64,000 bases of DNA from Lama glama. Lineage: Eukaryota. Below the pieces are notes generated by a model, which worked only from the letters and a program-made list of their open reading frames with translations, searched no databases and had not been told where the DNA came from. Positions 13,946-26,845 of this stretch are shown piece by piece. Numbering within the stretch: the first letter of the stretch is position 1; each line of letters begins with the position of its first letter. The stretch covers positions 8,992,001 through 9,056,000 of the forward strand of contig CM052816.1 in NCBI GenBank assembly GCA_028534125.1, in the 5' to 3' direction. A program made the translations under genes and the position numbers.

Positions 13946-15618
13946 GGCAAAGGCGACTCATTACATCTTGAGGGGACTCCTGGCCATGGGCATCTGAAGC
14001 CAGGACAAGCCTGATAGGAAGATAAGCTCCTTGCAGCGGCCTCCCTGACCTTCCATCTGCCTTGTGGGGAAATCTGGAAGAAGGCTGATCTCCAAGAAAT
14101 GCCCTCCTCAAGATGGCTACTCAAACATCTGCAGATGGCTGGTATAGCAATTCAGCCGACAACAGTCGCCTGCAGAGAGTGTGTGCATGAGGGCCAGTGT
14201 CAGGAGCAAGGTTCCCGGGGAGGAGGCCAAGGACTCTTCTGCAAGCTGAGGGGACCAAACAAAGGGCTGTGGGCAGCGCCCAAGCTGGGCCTCCCATGGT
14301 AGGATCCCCAGAGGAAGGCCTGGAGGACAGACTATTCCAGGAAGCACGCAAGTGAGGAGCACCTACTCGGAGGCACCAGGACAATGAGCTCACATGGAGG
14401 GCCGAACACCGTCCCCGCCACAGGGCCTAGCCTGGCCCGTCCTGCCCACCTCCCACCTCATCTCTCACCCTGGCCATGCTGGGTCTCCCTCTCTGTCTCC
14501 CTCAGAGGCTGGCAGATTCTGTCCCCTCAGGTTGGCAAATCCCATCCCTCCCCTCTTTGCCCAGTGAACACCCACTCAGCCTCCGAGTCCCAACTCCCGG
14601 CCCTTCCTCAGGGATCCTTCCCAGATGCCCCTTCCCACCCTGTCACATGCTCCCACAGCCCCATGCATCCCACCTCGTACAACTCATCCAGTTGACAGGA
14701 ATTTCTGTGATTACTGACCACAGTCCACCTTCCCCCTGGACTGACAGGCACTGGGGGTAGGGCTGAAGTTGGAGGTCACTATGAACTCTGGTGCAGAGCC
14801 TGCACATGGTAGGGGCTCAAGAAATAGTTTCTGAATGGATGAAGGAACGACTGAAAGTTGCCTTCGGGTTTGTTCACTATAGGCAGTTTAAGACCTCAGT
14901 AGGAGGGTCTTAAATGCTAAGCTGAAGTGTTTGTACCTAACTGGTGGGCAGCGAGGGGCCCTGAAGACCTCTCAACAGGGCTCAGTTGAGAACACTGTGA
15001 TGCCAGGGAACGACGGATTGGGCAGAGGATGCAGGACTGAGCGGAGTCTGGAAATTAATTAGGAGGCTGGTGCAAGAATCCTGAGGCCAGAAGGCTGGAC
15101 CCCAGAAAGTGGCAAAAGGAAAGCAGCTCTAATTTGCTTCTTGGAGACTGGTGGTTCCCTTCCATTACTTTCAGTGCATCCTGAGAGTCCACGAGAAGAC
15201 CCCAGCAGCAGCCTGAGATGTGGGGGAAGGGATGGGAGAGGGAGGTGGGAGTAGAGGCTGTGATGGTGCAGACACTGCAGCCCAGTCATCCCCCTGTTCT
15301 CCTGAACCCTTGGCCTCAAGCAGCTCACCCTTCCACCCCCAGGCAGAGCCAGAGGAGTCTGCTCAGAGAGCTGCCAGGGAAGCAGGCCAGCCGAGCAGCG
15401 GGTGGAGGCGCACAGGGACGGAAGGCAGATTACATGTCACTTCATATTAGCCACACCGGCAACTTTCCCGAACCACCCAGAGAGCGGCGGATTAATCACA
15501 ATTTTGAGGACAAGCCAAAAGCACAGATAACACTTAAAAAAAAAAATGGAAGGAAACTGTACCTCCTTTCCAGTCATGAGCTGATAGGAATGCCTTACAG
15601 AGGGTCAGATGTGCTTAC

Positions 15619-15706
15619 CTGTGAGGTACATCTCCTCCCCTTCAGTGAACATCTGGTGGCAGCGTACACATCTGGCACAGGTTGGGTGGTAGTGCTTCCC
15701 TCCTGC
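15619..15706 (-). CDS. ABLIM3: ABLIM3 coding exon, 88 bp (LIM4 core)
   Basis: Acceptor ttttatcttcttag|GCA GGA; donor ACA G|gtaagc. Encodes AGGKHYHPTCARCVRCHQMFTEGEEMYLT; phase 0 to 1. Confidence 0.96.
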
Positions 15707-17943
15707 CTAAGAAGATAAAAAGATGAAAGAGGAGGTCAGAGCAGGGTTGCCATCCAGTGGACAGGCTGGGTTTGAACATTTCCTAACACGTTAGTGTCGC
15801 TGGCGTCTTCATGGCCCACAGCTGGTTGGGAGTCTACCCAGGGGAGTCTAAACAGTCTAAAAGTTCACCAGAAGCTCATGGGTATCTGATGGCAGTTGAG
15901 GGGACTTCCCTGGACACCTGCACTTGTCCAGCAGTGGAAGGGCCATCTGGAGGCTGCTGGTCCCACCTCCTTGTTTCCAGATGAGAACAGCCTTACTTTG
16001 AGGACATCCCAACATTTCCCTAAGAATGCGGCCCTCACCACTGGTGGCAAATGACAAAATTTTAAGTGGTACAGGGACCCAGGATTTAATAACATTGGAT
16101 CAATGAAAAAAAAAACAATCGCCTTTTTAATCCTCTATCAATTCTTCTGATTTTTTTTTCCTCAGGGAGAAAGTACCAGTTTGGTGCAGTCTTCAGCATC
16201 TATCCCAAACTCACTAACCTACCTTTTTAAAGAATGAGAACAGGTGTGAGGCTTGGAGCCTCCACTGGAACTATATTTTTTAGTTACCGGCAATATGGCA
16301 AGTGATCCTGGTTTTCCTGTTACGTTACATAAGTTTTCTTACATGTAAGGGAGGCAACTTGAAGATAAGTTCAAGCATTAGGTAACAGTGAGTACACAAG
16401 GCTCACAGGCACAGCGAACGCTGTGAGAGTGGCAGGTGGAGGACACATTTTTAGGGCTCAGTGGACAAGCAACAGGAACCACAAAAGCCAGGACCCGATG
16501 CGGAGCTTCTGACCCTCAGGCCTGTCCTGTGACTGCTGCACCAGGTGGTCTCCAACCCCCCTCCCCAGCTCTCCCCAGTCTGGCTTCAGTGAGCCCCCTT
16601 CCCAATTCCCACTTTCCTTTTCTAATATTATTTCAAGTGAAAACGGAAATAATTTTTCAACTGCGACTTCCTCTACAGGCGGAAGAAAGAGCCTCAGAGA
16701 AAGTTGTGGCTTGGTCCCACTGGAAGCTAGCAGCAATGCTGGAGCTGGACCCAGGAGGGCCGGTCACCAGCCCAGTGCTGCCTTCCATGGTGACAGTTCT
16801 GACACTGCAGTCCCAGCCAACAGGACATGATGCGTGAGGGCCCTCCACTAGCAGCTCTAGAATTGCTATGTGGGAGGAGGTTGGTGCAGTGATTGGGATG
16901 GAAGGTGGGGCTTGTCTTAAAGGTATATTTTGCACATTAGGGCAAGGCTTTTGTGGGGGGATATGCCTGGGAAGAACTGATGGATATTGGGGGGATGTTA
17001 AAGCACCCCCGCTGCCACCCTCTTGTCTGATGCTAGTGGGTTCCTTCCAATTAAGAAGTTATAACTGCATAATGCTGAGTGCCTATTTCTGAATCTTTCT
17101 TTGGGGATGAGGGTGGGAGGGTTGGGTACAGGCTTATCCATTCTGGAGATGCTTGATTTATCTAAAAGTTCAGCAAGAATGTAGAAAGGGCAGATTTTTT
17201 AAAAAGGAAAAAAATCTCCCAAACTCCTTTTTTTCAGTCTTTGTTGTCTGCACGGCTCCCACCAACGAGAGAATGTCCTTATTATCATCAAAGCAAACTC
17301 TGTTCAAACTTTGGAAGAAACCTGCTATTTTCTCAAGCTGAGATGCTGTGGGACTGATTCTCCCTTCCCATGACAAGGATAATCGTTTTAATTAGTAGTC
17401 TCTTCCTACTTTGTGTCTCTTTATCCTTTCAATGATAGACCTGTTTTCTAGGATGGCAATAGTACGTTGGCAAAACTGAAGCTGACATCCTAAATGTCAC
17501 TCCTCCAGCACCCTGCTCCAGCTCAAAGAGGCTTCACGCCCATCTCAGCAATCTTGGCCACGGATGGTGCAGAAAACCACCTGAGGCTGCAGAGCAGTGG
17601 GCGCCAGCGTAAGGGAAACCAAGTCAGTGGGATAAGATGACACATTCTGCCTGTTAACAAGCTAAAGTCAAGAAAATAGTGAAGAAAAATGGCAAAGATT
17701 CAGTACCTGGAAAATGGGGCCATACTGCAGAGGACTGAGAACTACAAGCAAGCTTAGGAAACTCAGCACAAGGACACCAGGGCTGTGGTTCTCCTTGGCA
17801 AGGACACAGACCAGGAAGGAAGAAGGGTGACTGGCACTCAGCATGTTGGGCTCTGTCACTGAGGGAGGGACCATGGGGCGGCCTGGGAAGGGAATGGAAT
17901 TTAATTAAGTGCCTATTGTGCATCCGGAAATGCACTGGGCCCC

Positions 17944-18452
17944 GTAGTAGGTGACCGTTGTTCTGGCCTGGTCAACATCCTTCCTCCTTCTTTTAGAAAA
18001 AGCAACAAGCCTTTCCTGGGTGGGATGACTCATTCCCTCTGTCAGTCTGCGTCAAGCAGGGCTGCCCCTACCAGTAAGTTACTTCAACTCTATAGTCACG
18101 GCTACTGGTTTGGAGATGGGCCCGAGATTAGCGAGATCAGCCAGTCCCAGGATGTTTGCTGAGCTATTAGAAAAGAGACACTCTCCTCCCATTGGAAATG
18201 CTGGTGGCTAGGATGCAAGCCTGAAGGTGTCCAATTCCCCCATCATGGAGGAGAACCTTCCTCAAAATAAAGGAACACAGGAGAAAGTGGAGCCAAGATG
18301 TCAAGATATTCCAAACATATTTGTTTGGGCACTAGGTCCAGCTGTGCCTGAAGCAAGAACTACTTCTGGGTTTTTTATTATGGGAGCTGAATTTCCTTCT
18401 TGGTCCAAGCCATTTGAGGAGTTTCTGCACTTGCAAGCAACAGAGTCCTGAC
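17944..18452 (+). mobile_element. Old MaLR LTR (MLT1J/K-like)
   Basis: gtccagctgtgcctgaagc...ttccttcttggtccaagccatttgag...cacttgcaa...gagtcctgac, typical MLT1 3' end. Confidence 0.7.
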
Positions 18453-19365
18453 TGTAAAGCAAGCACACACTCCCGTGTGTCCCTTACTCTCACGCTACTA
18501 CCACACTCACAGCGCTGCTGACCAGATGTGTGGGCTTTTTTCCACCCCCTCAACACCAACCAGTTCTCTGTGACACCAGCTGGGTGTCCTATAATTTATC
18601 TCAATTCTGACTCTCCACATGGAGAAGGGGTCAGACCCTACAGGTTAAGGACTCAGACCCACAAGACTGTCTCCTTCCACCAACACTTCAGATCCCAACT
18701 GTAAGTCCCAGGTTGTCATCTGTACCTCTGCATGACCAGCTAGAAACTGGGGATCCTATGATCCCCAACTCGGGCTTACAAATTTGCTAGAATGGCTCAC
18801 ACAACTCTGGGAAACAGTTACATCTACTGAAATATCATAAAAGGATATGATAAAGGATAGAGAGGAACATTCAGACAGACGAGGTGCAAGGCGTGTGGGA
18901 AGGGACAGAGCACCCAGGCCCTCTCGCTGTGCACCCAGAACCTCTGCGTGTTCACCCACCTGGAAGCTCACCGAACCCTGTACTTTAGGGATATTTATGG
19001 AGGCTTCCTTGCATAGGCAGGATCCATCATTAACTCAGTTTCTAGGCCCTCTCTCCTTCCTGGGGGATGGAGGTAGGGCTGAAAGTTCCAAGCTTCTAAT
19101 CGTGACTTGATCTTTCTGGTGACCAGCCCCCATCCAGGAGTCCGTCCAGAGTCATCCCATTAGAAGAAAAGATGCTCCCACCACCCAGGAAATTCCAAGG
19201 GATTTAGGAGCTCTGTGTTCAAGAAATGGGATCAAAGACCAAAAAGTAGAACAAAAGATGCTCCAAGTGCTCTTATTACTTAGGAAGTCAGAAATGTTTT
19301 AAGAGTTCTGTGCCAGGAACCGGGGGCAGAAACTGATATATATAAATATTTTCTCTTATTTCCCA
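18453..19365. mobile_element. Solo LTR, MER21-like (ERVL)
   Basis: TG...CA termini; internal gacaccagctgggtgtcctataatt, cccacaagactg, ggagctctgtg and ccaggaaccgggggcaga motifs; flanked by ctgac / ctgag (possible diverged TSD). Confidence 0.8.
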
Positions 19366-19620
19366 CTGAGATCTCTATTAGGAGTTAAGAAACAGCTGTA
19401 TTCTCCATTGATAGATAAGGCCTCTAGGATGCCAAGAAAGTGACTTGCTTAAGGTTTCATGGCTGGAAATGGTAAAACTGGAATTCAAGTCTGTTTCACT
19501 CCAACTGTGTATTTCCATGACATCACACCACCTCAAAGGCCCCTGAGTAGCTGAGAGCTGCCAGCATCCGTGTGGGTGACGGGAGCCTAGATTTCAGCTC
19601 AGTCTCCATCAGAAATAACG

Positions 19621-19642
19621 TGTGTGTGTGTGTGTGTGTGTG
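19621..19642. repeat. (TG)11 microsatellite
   Basis: Directly visible. Confidence 0.95.
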
Positions 19643-20049
19643 ACCCTGGAAAAGCACCACATATCTTGGGGCTCAATTTTCTCATCTGTAAAACGAGGAG
19701 GATGAACTACTTGATTGCTAAAAGTCTCTCCCAGCAATAAGCGGAAAAAAAAAATCAATACATCCAAGATGCTAATGGAGCCTCGTGCAAATGGAATCAC
19801 TTGAAACCCAGTAACCACAGCTGCCCAAGAAGAGGAGGCTCCCACAATGCTAAGTGACGGTAACACGTGGGGAAAAGTCAGCCACCACAGCTTCAGAGCA
19901 GCTTGGGAATGCTGGGACCCATTCTTATTTGTGGCCCTGCGTGTAACTGAAGTCTCTTCCTTCTTGAAAGAAAAGTCTGCTTTCATGACCTCTCATGCCA
20001 CTGACCCTTCACCCCACTACAGTGTGGATGCCTCTTGCCCACAATCCTG

Positions 20050-21330
20050 CAGACTCAACAAATGGTCCTCCTGAAGGTGACCTTGCCCTACACCCTACAG
20101 CCTTTCCTCAGCCTGCATATCCCTAGCTGCTCTGCAGAGTCTGCCCAACACTCCGATGACCTTGCCACCATTTCAGAAGCTCTGTCCTCTCGTCACCCTC
20201 CCCAATCTTCCCCCATATCCTTGACTGCTCCCCCTCTTTCTCTGACAACTTCTCAGTCTCCTGCCACCTGTAAGCAGCCACTCCTCAAGGCTGCCTTTAG
20301 CCCACTTCTCTCTCTTGGAAATCCTGACAAGTCCCATGGTGCTATTATTCAAATCCTAGCATTTTTGAGATTGGTCCCTCCAGGCCTGAGCTTTGTCCCT
20401 GAGCTCTGATCCACATGCTTGCTGCTCTCTTGAAACCTTGTGGGAATTTCAGTCACACTCCATCCCAAAGGGAAATGGGTATGTTTCTGTCCAGATCAGC
20501 TCCTCTCCCTGCCGACCTCAGTTCTGCAGATGGCAACACCAGGCTTTCTCTCACCCTGGCTTGACACTTGGGTTCAACTTTTGGCCCCTTCCCCTTCAAT
20601 GGTCACGTCTACAAATTGCCCCGGTTGCAAAGCTGCTGGACTTCTACTCCCACAGTGTTGCAGACAGGGTGACTGCCCCTTCCATTGCCACTATACCTCC
20701 TGTTCCTGCGAGGCCATGGCCTCCGTGCTGGTCTCCCACTTCTAGTTTCTTTCCTCTAAATTAAGCCTCTTACCCTCCGTAGGGTGTAGCTCAAAGCAGG
20801 TCACTTCCATCTCATCTTTCCACAACCCCCTGTTGCTCAGTGAATTACAAACTCCTCACCCTGGTATCGGGCCCTCAGAAACAGGGGCCCAAACCCTTCC
20901 TGGGCTCCTGTTTCATGCCTCATCCTCTACCCTGCACTCCTGCTGCTCCCGCTCCCTGGAAATGCTTGATGGTTTATCAACTCTGTGCATTTGTTTATCT
21001 TATTCTCTCTGATTCCCTACAACCTTTTAAAAGCATTATCTTATCATGTTGCTCTTTGGTTTAGAACTCTCCGATGGCTTTCCACTGTACTTGCTGTAAA
21101 CTGCAAACTCCTAGACAGGTCTACAGAGATTTATACGACATGGCCTTTACAACACACTCATCCTCCCCCAGCCCCAATTTATAGAATTCAGCCACACCAG
21201 CCTTTTTCTCTGTTCCCTGAAAGGGTCACGCTCATTCTTCCTCTAGCTCTTCACATGACAGCTTCCTTCTCATCCTGAGGCTCAGCTTCAGTGCATCTCT
21301 TCAAATAGTCCTTTCCTGGTTTCTACATTC
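20050..21330 (+). mobile_element. Degraded L2 LINE fragments
   Basis: Pyrimidine-rich tract with L2 3'-type motifs (aaactcctcaccctggtat, ctccgatggctttccactg, cagccacaccagcctt). Confidence 0.55.
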
Positions 21331-22221
21331 TCTCCTGCTGCACCCAGATGCGGCTGCAGAATCCTTCTCAACACAGTGCTGACTCCAGGTAACCATGACT
21401 AATTGGCCAGATTTGTCAGAATTAATGATTCTGCTTTTAAGACCTGACCCAGTCTGCTGTCTCCCAGCCATTGTCAGATAAGGAAACTCAGGCTTAGAAA
21501 GGCAAAGATATTCACCCCAAATCTCAGCATGAGTTAGCAACTGAGTTAATATTAGCACGAAACTGTTTCTACTCTTAGGCTACTGGTTTTCATTTGCACC
21601 AAGCTCTTTCCTGTTTCTGATTCCTGAAGGTGGGTGGTCCCAAAGCATGAAGAAAGCTTCCTGGGCCCACAGTGGGTGGGGGGAGAGTCCAGGAAGGCTA
21701 GTGGACAGGGGGCTCAGGCAAGGGTTCAGAAAAGGTGCTGCAGGTTGTCTGTCACTGGCAGAGTGAACCGTGCATCAGAGGCAGAGGAAAGCTGTTGCCA
21801 TGGTGATGGACCAGCCAAAGAAGGGCTTAGGGAGCAGGATGCTAGACAAACTGGTTCTTAAATCAGTGCATTACCAAATGCTTAAAAAACAAATGGCTTT
21901 AGGCAGGGCTGGGAAGAAAATCATGATTGTCACTCACCAGTAATCTCTCTGGGTCTGAATCCAGAAAAGCAACTGATATTCCCAACACAGCATTTTCTAA
22001 GCAAGGAGTCATTTTGTCCAGCCTCTCATTTTGGGGGTACCCAGAGAGGCAAGGTTATCTGTTCAAGGTCATGTAGCAAGCTAAATTGGGGTAGAGAAAG
22101 CAGGGAGGTGGAGGCTATGGAAAAAGGGGTGTAGGGTGACTTTCTTCTTCCTCAGTGCTGACTTTTTGGAGTCAAAACCCAGCCTGCTCAAACATCTTCA
22201 CAGTTACTTGTACCCACTCAC

Positions 22222-22315
22222 CTCTAAGACCCTGCCGCTGATGTACCGGTCACAAGTCTCACATTTAATGCCAAACTGGGAGTGGTAGTCAGACTCACAG
22301 TATGGAACGCCGTCC
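22222..22315 (-). CDS. ABLIM3: ABLIM3 coding exon, 94 bp (end of LIM3, start of LIM4)
   Basis: Not in the ORF track; found by reading the minus strand. Acceptor ttcctcttgcag|G GAC GGC; donor TTA GAG|gtgagt. Encodes DGVPYCESDYHSQFGIKCETCDRYISGRVLE; phase 2 to 0. Confidence 0.96.
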
Positions 22316-24863
22316 CTGCAAGAGGAAATCCACACAGGAAGAGGAAGTTAGGGGGGTCCACGGGGGTGCCATGTAAGGCATCCCAGGCCTGTAGCCAACT
22401 GTGACTGGGCCAAGATCAGAAGCACTCAGGGAGCCGTTAAAGATGCCAACTCCCTGGACACCCCTCAAGCTTTACAAAATCAGACAGTTCCTGGGAAGGG
22501 AGCCCCTGAATCTGCGTCTTGGCCAACCCCCCGAGCAGGCCTGGGAACCACTGGCCTGCCGCTGGCCGTGAGTGTCCCTTTTCTACTCTCGTTCTTCTCC
22601 CTCCCCACAAATTCTCCTGACCTGCTCTCTGCCCTTCACCCCAAAGGGCTCTTTTAAAAAAATCATTTAAAAAAAACATTTATTTTATTTAGAATAGGTA
22701 ATCTTTGCATTTGGCACATTGCAAAGGCACAAAGGGAAAAGTCTTCACCCTCCGCTCAGCCTCTCCCTGTTTCCCTTCCAGGAGGTCATCAGTAGGATGG
22801 ATTTTTTGCACATCCTTAAGGGCTTCTAACAGAACACTTCACCCGTACTGAAAGAATCATCTGATTGTGCTCCTGGATCAGCAGAAAACAGGAGCCTCCC
22901 CGATGACCTGCTGTGTGCTCCATTCTTGTCCAGTGCTTACAATTTACTGGGCAGGGACAAGATTACTGTTAGTTATTCTTACACTACCCTCTACTGCCAG
23001 TGACCACTGATACTTACTGCTCGGTCTGTGCCAGGCTCTCTGATGGTGTTTTACATAGGTTATTTCATTTAATCCTTACAGCAGCCCTACAAGGTTGGAA
23101 TGATCCACGTGTGGATGAGGAAACCCAATGTGGATGACCTAGAGCTGGTTCAAACCCAGACGGTCTGGTTTCTCACCAGGCTGGACATGGCTCCAGTGAG
23201 TCCCAGCCTGTATGCACACTCGGCAGATGGCAGCTAGAGGAATCCCCACGACTGCTGAGAGGGGACTTTAAGGAGGCTGTTTGGGGCCAACGTGGAGATG
23301 GTCGGGGGCAGCAGAGACCTCAGCCCAGCTCGGGCCCTGTCTAGCTCTAAGGACTAGGTCCGACCACATCTCTCTAAAATGCTGACGACATCTTTTGGGG
23401 GCTATAGAACTCGCTTACACACAGAGAGCCCTAAAGAAAAGGCATGTCATTGCTCCATCTCCAAGTTGCTGCCATGTGGGGACTGCTGGGAGCCCACCCT
23501 GGGCAGCAGGACAGTCAGTGTTTCCTGAAGGCAGTGAGGACCTGTGCCCAGCAAAGTCAGGAGGGGAGACTTGTTTGTGAGTCCACAAGACAAGCCTCCC
23601 CCACCTACAGCCCTCCCACACTCTGGGTGACCCTGCAGGGAGATAAAACCATTTGTCAGGAGACAGGTACAAATAAGCCAGCAAAATTTGAGTATAAATG
23701 CCAACACCTCCTCATGTGGACCCATGAAGGTGGTGAGGCCTTGGAGAATTTGTAATATACATGATTCTAAGAAGAGGCAGAGGGTAAAAATGAACATTTA
23801 CTGAGTAGTGATTAGGTACAAAGCACAGATCTCTGAGCCTTTACACAAACCTGTGAGATGGATCTTCCTCTTAGCCCTGTTTTTGTAAATGAGGAAACTG
23901 AGACTTGGAGAAGTTGAGTCTCTTGCCAAGGTCTTGTGGACTGGGCTTCTCACCCAGGCATCAACGCCAGAGCCAGCGCCTCTGAGCACCTGCCAATCTG
24001 CTGGCAGACAGATGAAGAGCCCAGAGCCAGGCCACAGAGGCCCGAGGCATGGTTGGCAATCTGGGCTGTGTCTATTTGAGAGGAACAAACACTAACTCCC
24101 CTAAAGAATTCAAACTTAGGCTCACAGACTCAAGAGCTCCTGGCTGGTGACTCACCAAGGGCACTCCTTACTTGGCAGGCACAGAAGTGCATGCCAGACT
24201 CCCACTAACATGGCATTCAAAGCCCTCGGTGCTGGAACCTCAGGTCACCTTCACAGCCTTGGACCCTGCTTCACCTGTGTGCATGCCTGAGTTCCAGCAA
24301 ACAGGATGGATGTGTCCGGCACCTTCTGCTCTGTCCAGGCTGGCCATTCTGCCTACAAGCTACATTTTCAAACTACACACGCCTTTTCAAGGTGCAGCCC
24401 AAACACCACCAGACTTCACAAAGCTCTCACATACCCCAGATTCAACTTCCTGCTAGCTACAAGTGGTCACTCCTTTCTTTGAACAGTCACAGCCCTTCGC
24501 TTAGACCCCTGACAGAAGTGCTGTCTGGCCAGTGTCTACCTCCCCTTCCGCCGGCAGCAGTACCTGGCCTGAGATTTCCTGGGAACCACCCCTGCCCACT
24601 TGTAGTTACAAGGGGCTCACAAAGGGCTGCTCTCTGGCTCAAGGGCTCAGATCCTCCTGGCCAGGAGTCGGCATGTGACCAACAGTGGCCAGATCAGGGG
24701 CAGCTGTGGGACTTTCGCTGGAGTTCTTGGGGAAGAGGCACCTCTCTCTCTGCCAGGCTTGCGAAGCGGATCAATTGAAAGCCTGGAGTTGCTGGTGATC
24801 ATCTTTGCTATCACCTTGGGCAGGCCTGCTTCAAAATGAATCAAACACAGAGGAAGGCAGAGC

Positions 24864-24933
24864 TGAGAGAGAGAGGGAGGGAGAGAGGGAGGGAGAGTGG
24901 GAGGGGGAGAGAGAGGGAGAAGAGAGGGGTGGG
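24864..24933. repeat. G/A-rich polypurine tract within a probable MLT1 LTR remnant (~24530-25100)
   Basis: gagagagagagggagggagaggggagggagagtgggagggggagagagaggg; downstream gagtttgagtcgggttttctgccacttac resembles an MLT1 3' end. Confidence 0.75.
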
Positions 24934-25172
24934 CTTCTGAAGTGCTAATGGCACCTTCAAGTCCCTAGTTTCAGCCACACCGGAAGCCAGCATGCCTCTG
25001 GTCTTCCCATTTCCATGAGTCAACAAACTCCCATTTTTGCTTTTAAGGGAGTTTGAGTCGGGTTTTCTGCCACTTACGGTGGAAAAAGTCTTAAAGAACA
25101 GAACTCCCTTGAGCTCCCAATCATGTATCCCCTGGAGTTATATATTTTTATGTATATAGCTTATCACCCTTA

Positions 25173-25672
25173 NNNNNNNNNNNNNNNNNNNNNNNNNNNN
25201 NNNNNNNNNNNNNNNNNNNNNNNNNNNNNNNNNNNNNNNNNNNNNNNNNNNNNNNNNNNNNNNNNNNNNNNNNNNNNNNNNNNNNNNNNNNNNNNNNNNN
25301 NNNNNNNNNNNNNNNNNNNNNNNNNNNNNNNNNNNNNNNNNNNNNNNNNNNNNNNNNNNNNNNNNNNNNNNNNNNNNNNNNNNNNNNNNNNNNNNNNNNN
25401 NNNNNNNNNNNNNNNNNNNNNNNNNNNNNNNNNNNNNNNNNNNNNNNNNNNNNNNNNNNNNNNNNNNNNNNNNNNNNNNNNNNNNNNNNNNNNNNNNNNN
25501 NNNNNNNNNNNNNNNNNNNNNNNNNNNNNNNNNNNNNNNNNNNNNNNNNNNNNNNNNNNNNNNNNNNNNNNNNNNNNNNNNNNNNNNNNNNNNNNNNNNN
25601 NNNNNNNNNNNNNNNNNNNNNNNNNNNNNNNNNNNNNNNNNNNNNNNNNNNNNNNNNNNNNNNNNNNNNNNN
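25173..25672. other. Assembly gap (500 N, probably a fixed placeholder size)
   Basis: Run of exactly 500 N, the same length as the second gap. Confidence 0.99.
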
Positions 25673-26149
25673 TGGTTTTTCTTTCCCTGTTACACTGCTG
25701 GTCCCCTGGCTGTACTGGCTTCACATTGACCAGGACCTTTTTCTCCTCCTTCTTCCAACTTTCACTCTTGGCCACTGGTGGAGCCTCAGGCTCCCCATCC
25801 TGGAGCCCATGGGTCTGGTGTAATAAGTAGGGTCAGGAAAACCACACCCTGTCCCAGGCTGGATTCTGCAGAGCCAGCCGTCCGCTCCATTCCTCATACG
25901 TTCCCCTTTATTCCAAAATTACAACCTTCAGCTGGCAGGAAGTATGCCGCCACCACCTGTTCCTCCTAAATTCCTTAGTTCACTGGAGTCTCTAAAGACC
26001 CCAGACAGCTATTTTTAGTTTTTTTGGACTGTCATTCATTCCACTTAGATCAAAAATGGGTGGGCTGGTGAGTCATAGCAAGTTCCCCTCTTGTTTTAAG
26101 CAACTAAGCCAGGAAGACAGGACCCTTCCTATTAGCAAGTCATGTCTCT

Positions 26150-26388
26150 GGAACAGGGTGCGTTAAGGGAATAGACTCCAAAGCCAGACTGCCTGGGCTC
26201 ACATTCCAGGTCCATGACCACCATCTGTGTGACTCTGGGCAAGTCATGTATGCTTTCTGAATCGGTTTCCTCATCTAAAAACAATTACTCTTATCTCTCT
26301 CAGAGTTGTTGTAACCATCAAATGAGATGTCATACATGGAAAACACGGTGTAGCGCCTGACAACAGTTAACGGTCAGTCAGTGTTAGC
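26150..26388 (+). mobile_element. Near full-length MIR SINE
   Basis: gactccaaagccagactgcctgggctc...ctgtgtgactctgggcaagtca...gtttcctcatct...aaatgagatg...gtgttagc. Confidence 0.85.
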
Positions 26389-26499
26389 GGTTGCGATGGC
26401 GGTGGTTTTGGTGGTGATGGTGATGCTGCTGCTTATTCTTCTCAGTGAGGTCTGCGCTGGCAATAGGAACAGCCGTTCAGTGTTAGCAGTGGTGCCTAA

Positions 26500-26845
26500 C
26501 GGTAGTGCTGGTGATGGGGATGGTGTTGGAGTTGGTGGTGGTGATTGTGGAGATGGTGGAAATGATGGCAGTGGTGGTGGTGATGGTAGTCCTGATCGTG
26601 GTAATGATGGTGGTGGTGGTGATTGTGGAGGTGCTGGTAATGATGGCAGTGGTGGTGGTGATGGTAGTCATGATGGTGGTAATGATGGTGGTGGTGGTGA
26701 TTGTGGAGATGGTGGTAATGATGATGGTGGTGGTGATTGTGGAGATGGTGGTAATGATGGCAGTGGTGGTGGTGATGGTAGTCCTGATGGTGGAAATGAT
26801 GGTGGTGGTGGTGGTGGTGGTGGTGATGTTAGTCCTGATGGTAGG
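26500..26845. repeat. (GGT/GAT)n-derived minisatellite with a 78-bp higher-order unit
   Basis: The marker gattgtggag recurs at 26543, 26621, 26699 (78-bp period) and 26735 (36-bp partial unit). Confidence 0.93.

Noticed and set aside
25123..25830. Long ORFs (235 aa and 201 aa; also 44898-45510) in the ORF track
   Set aside because: They are open only because they read through N runs.
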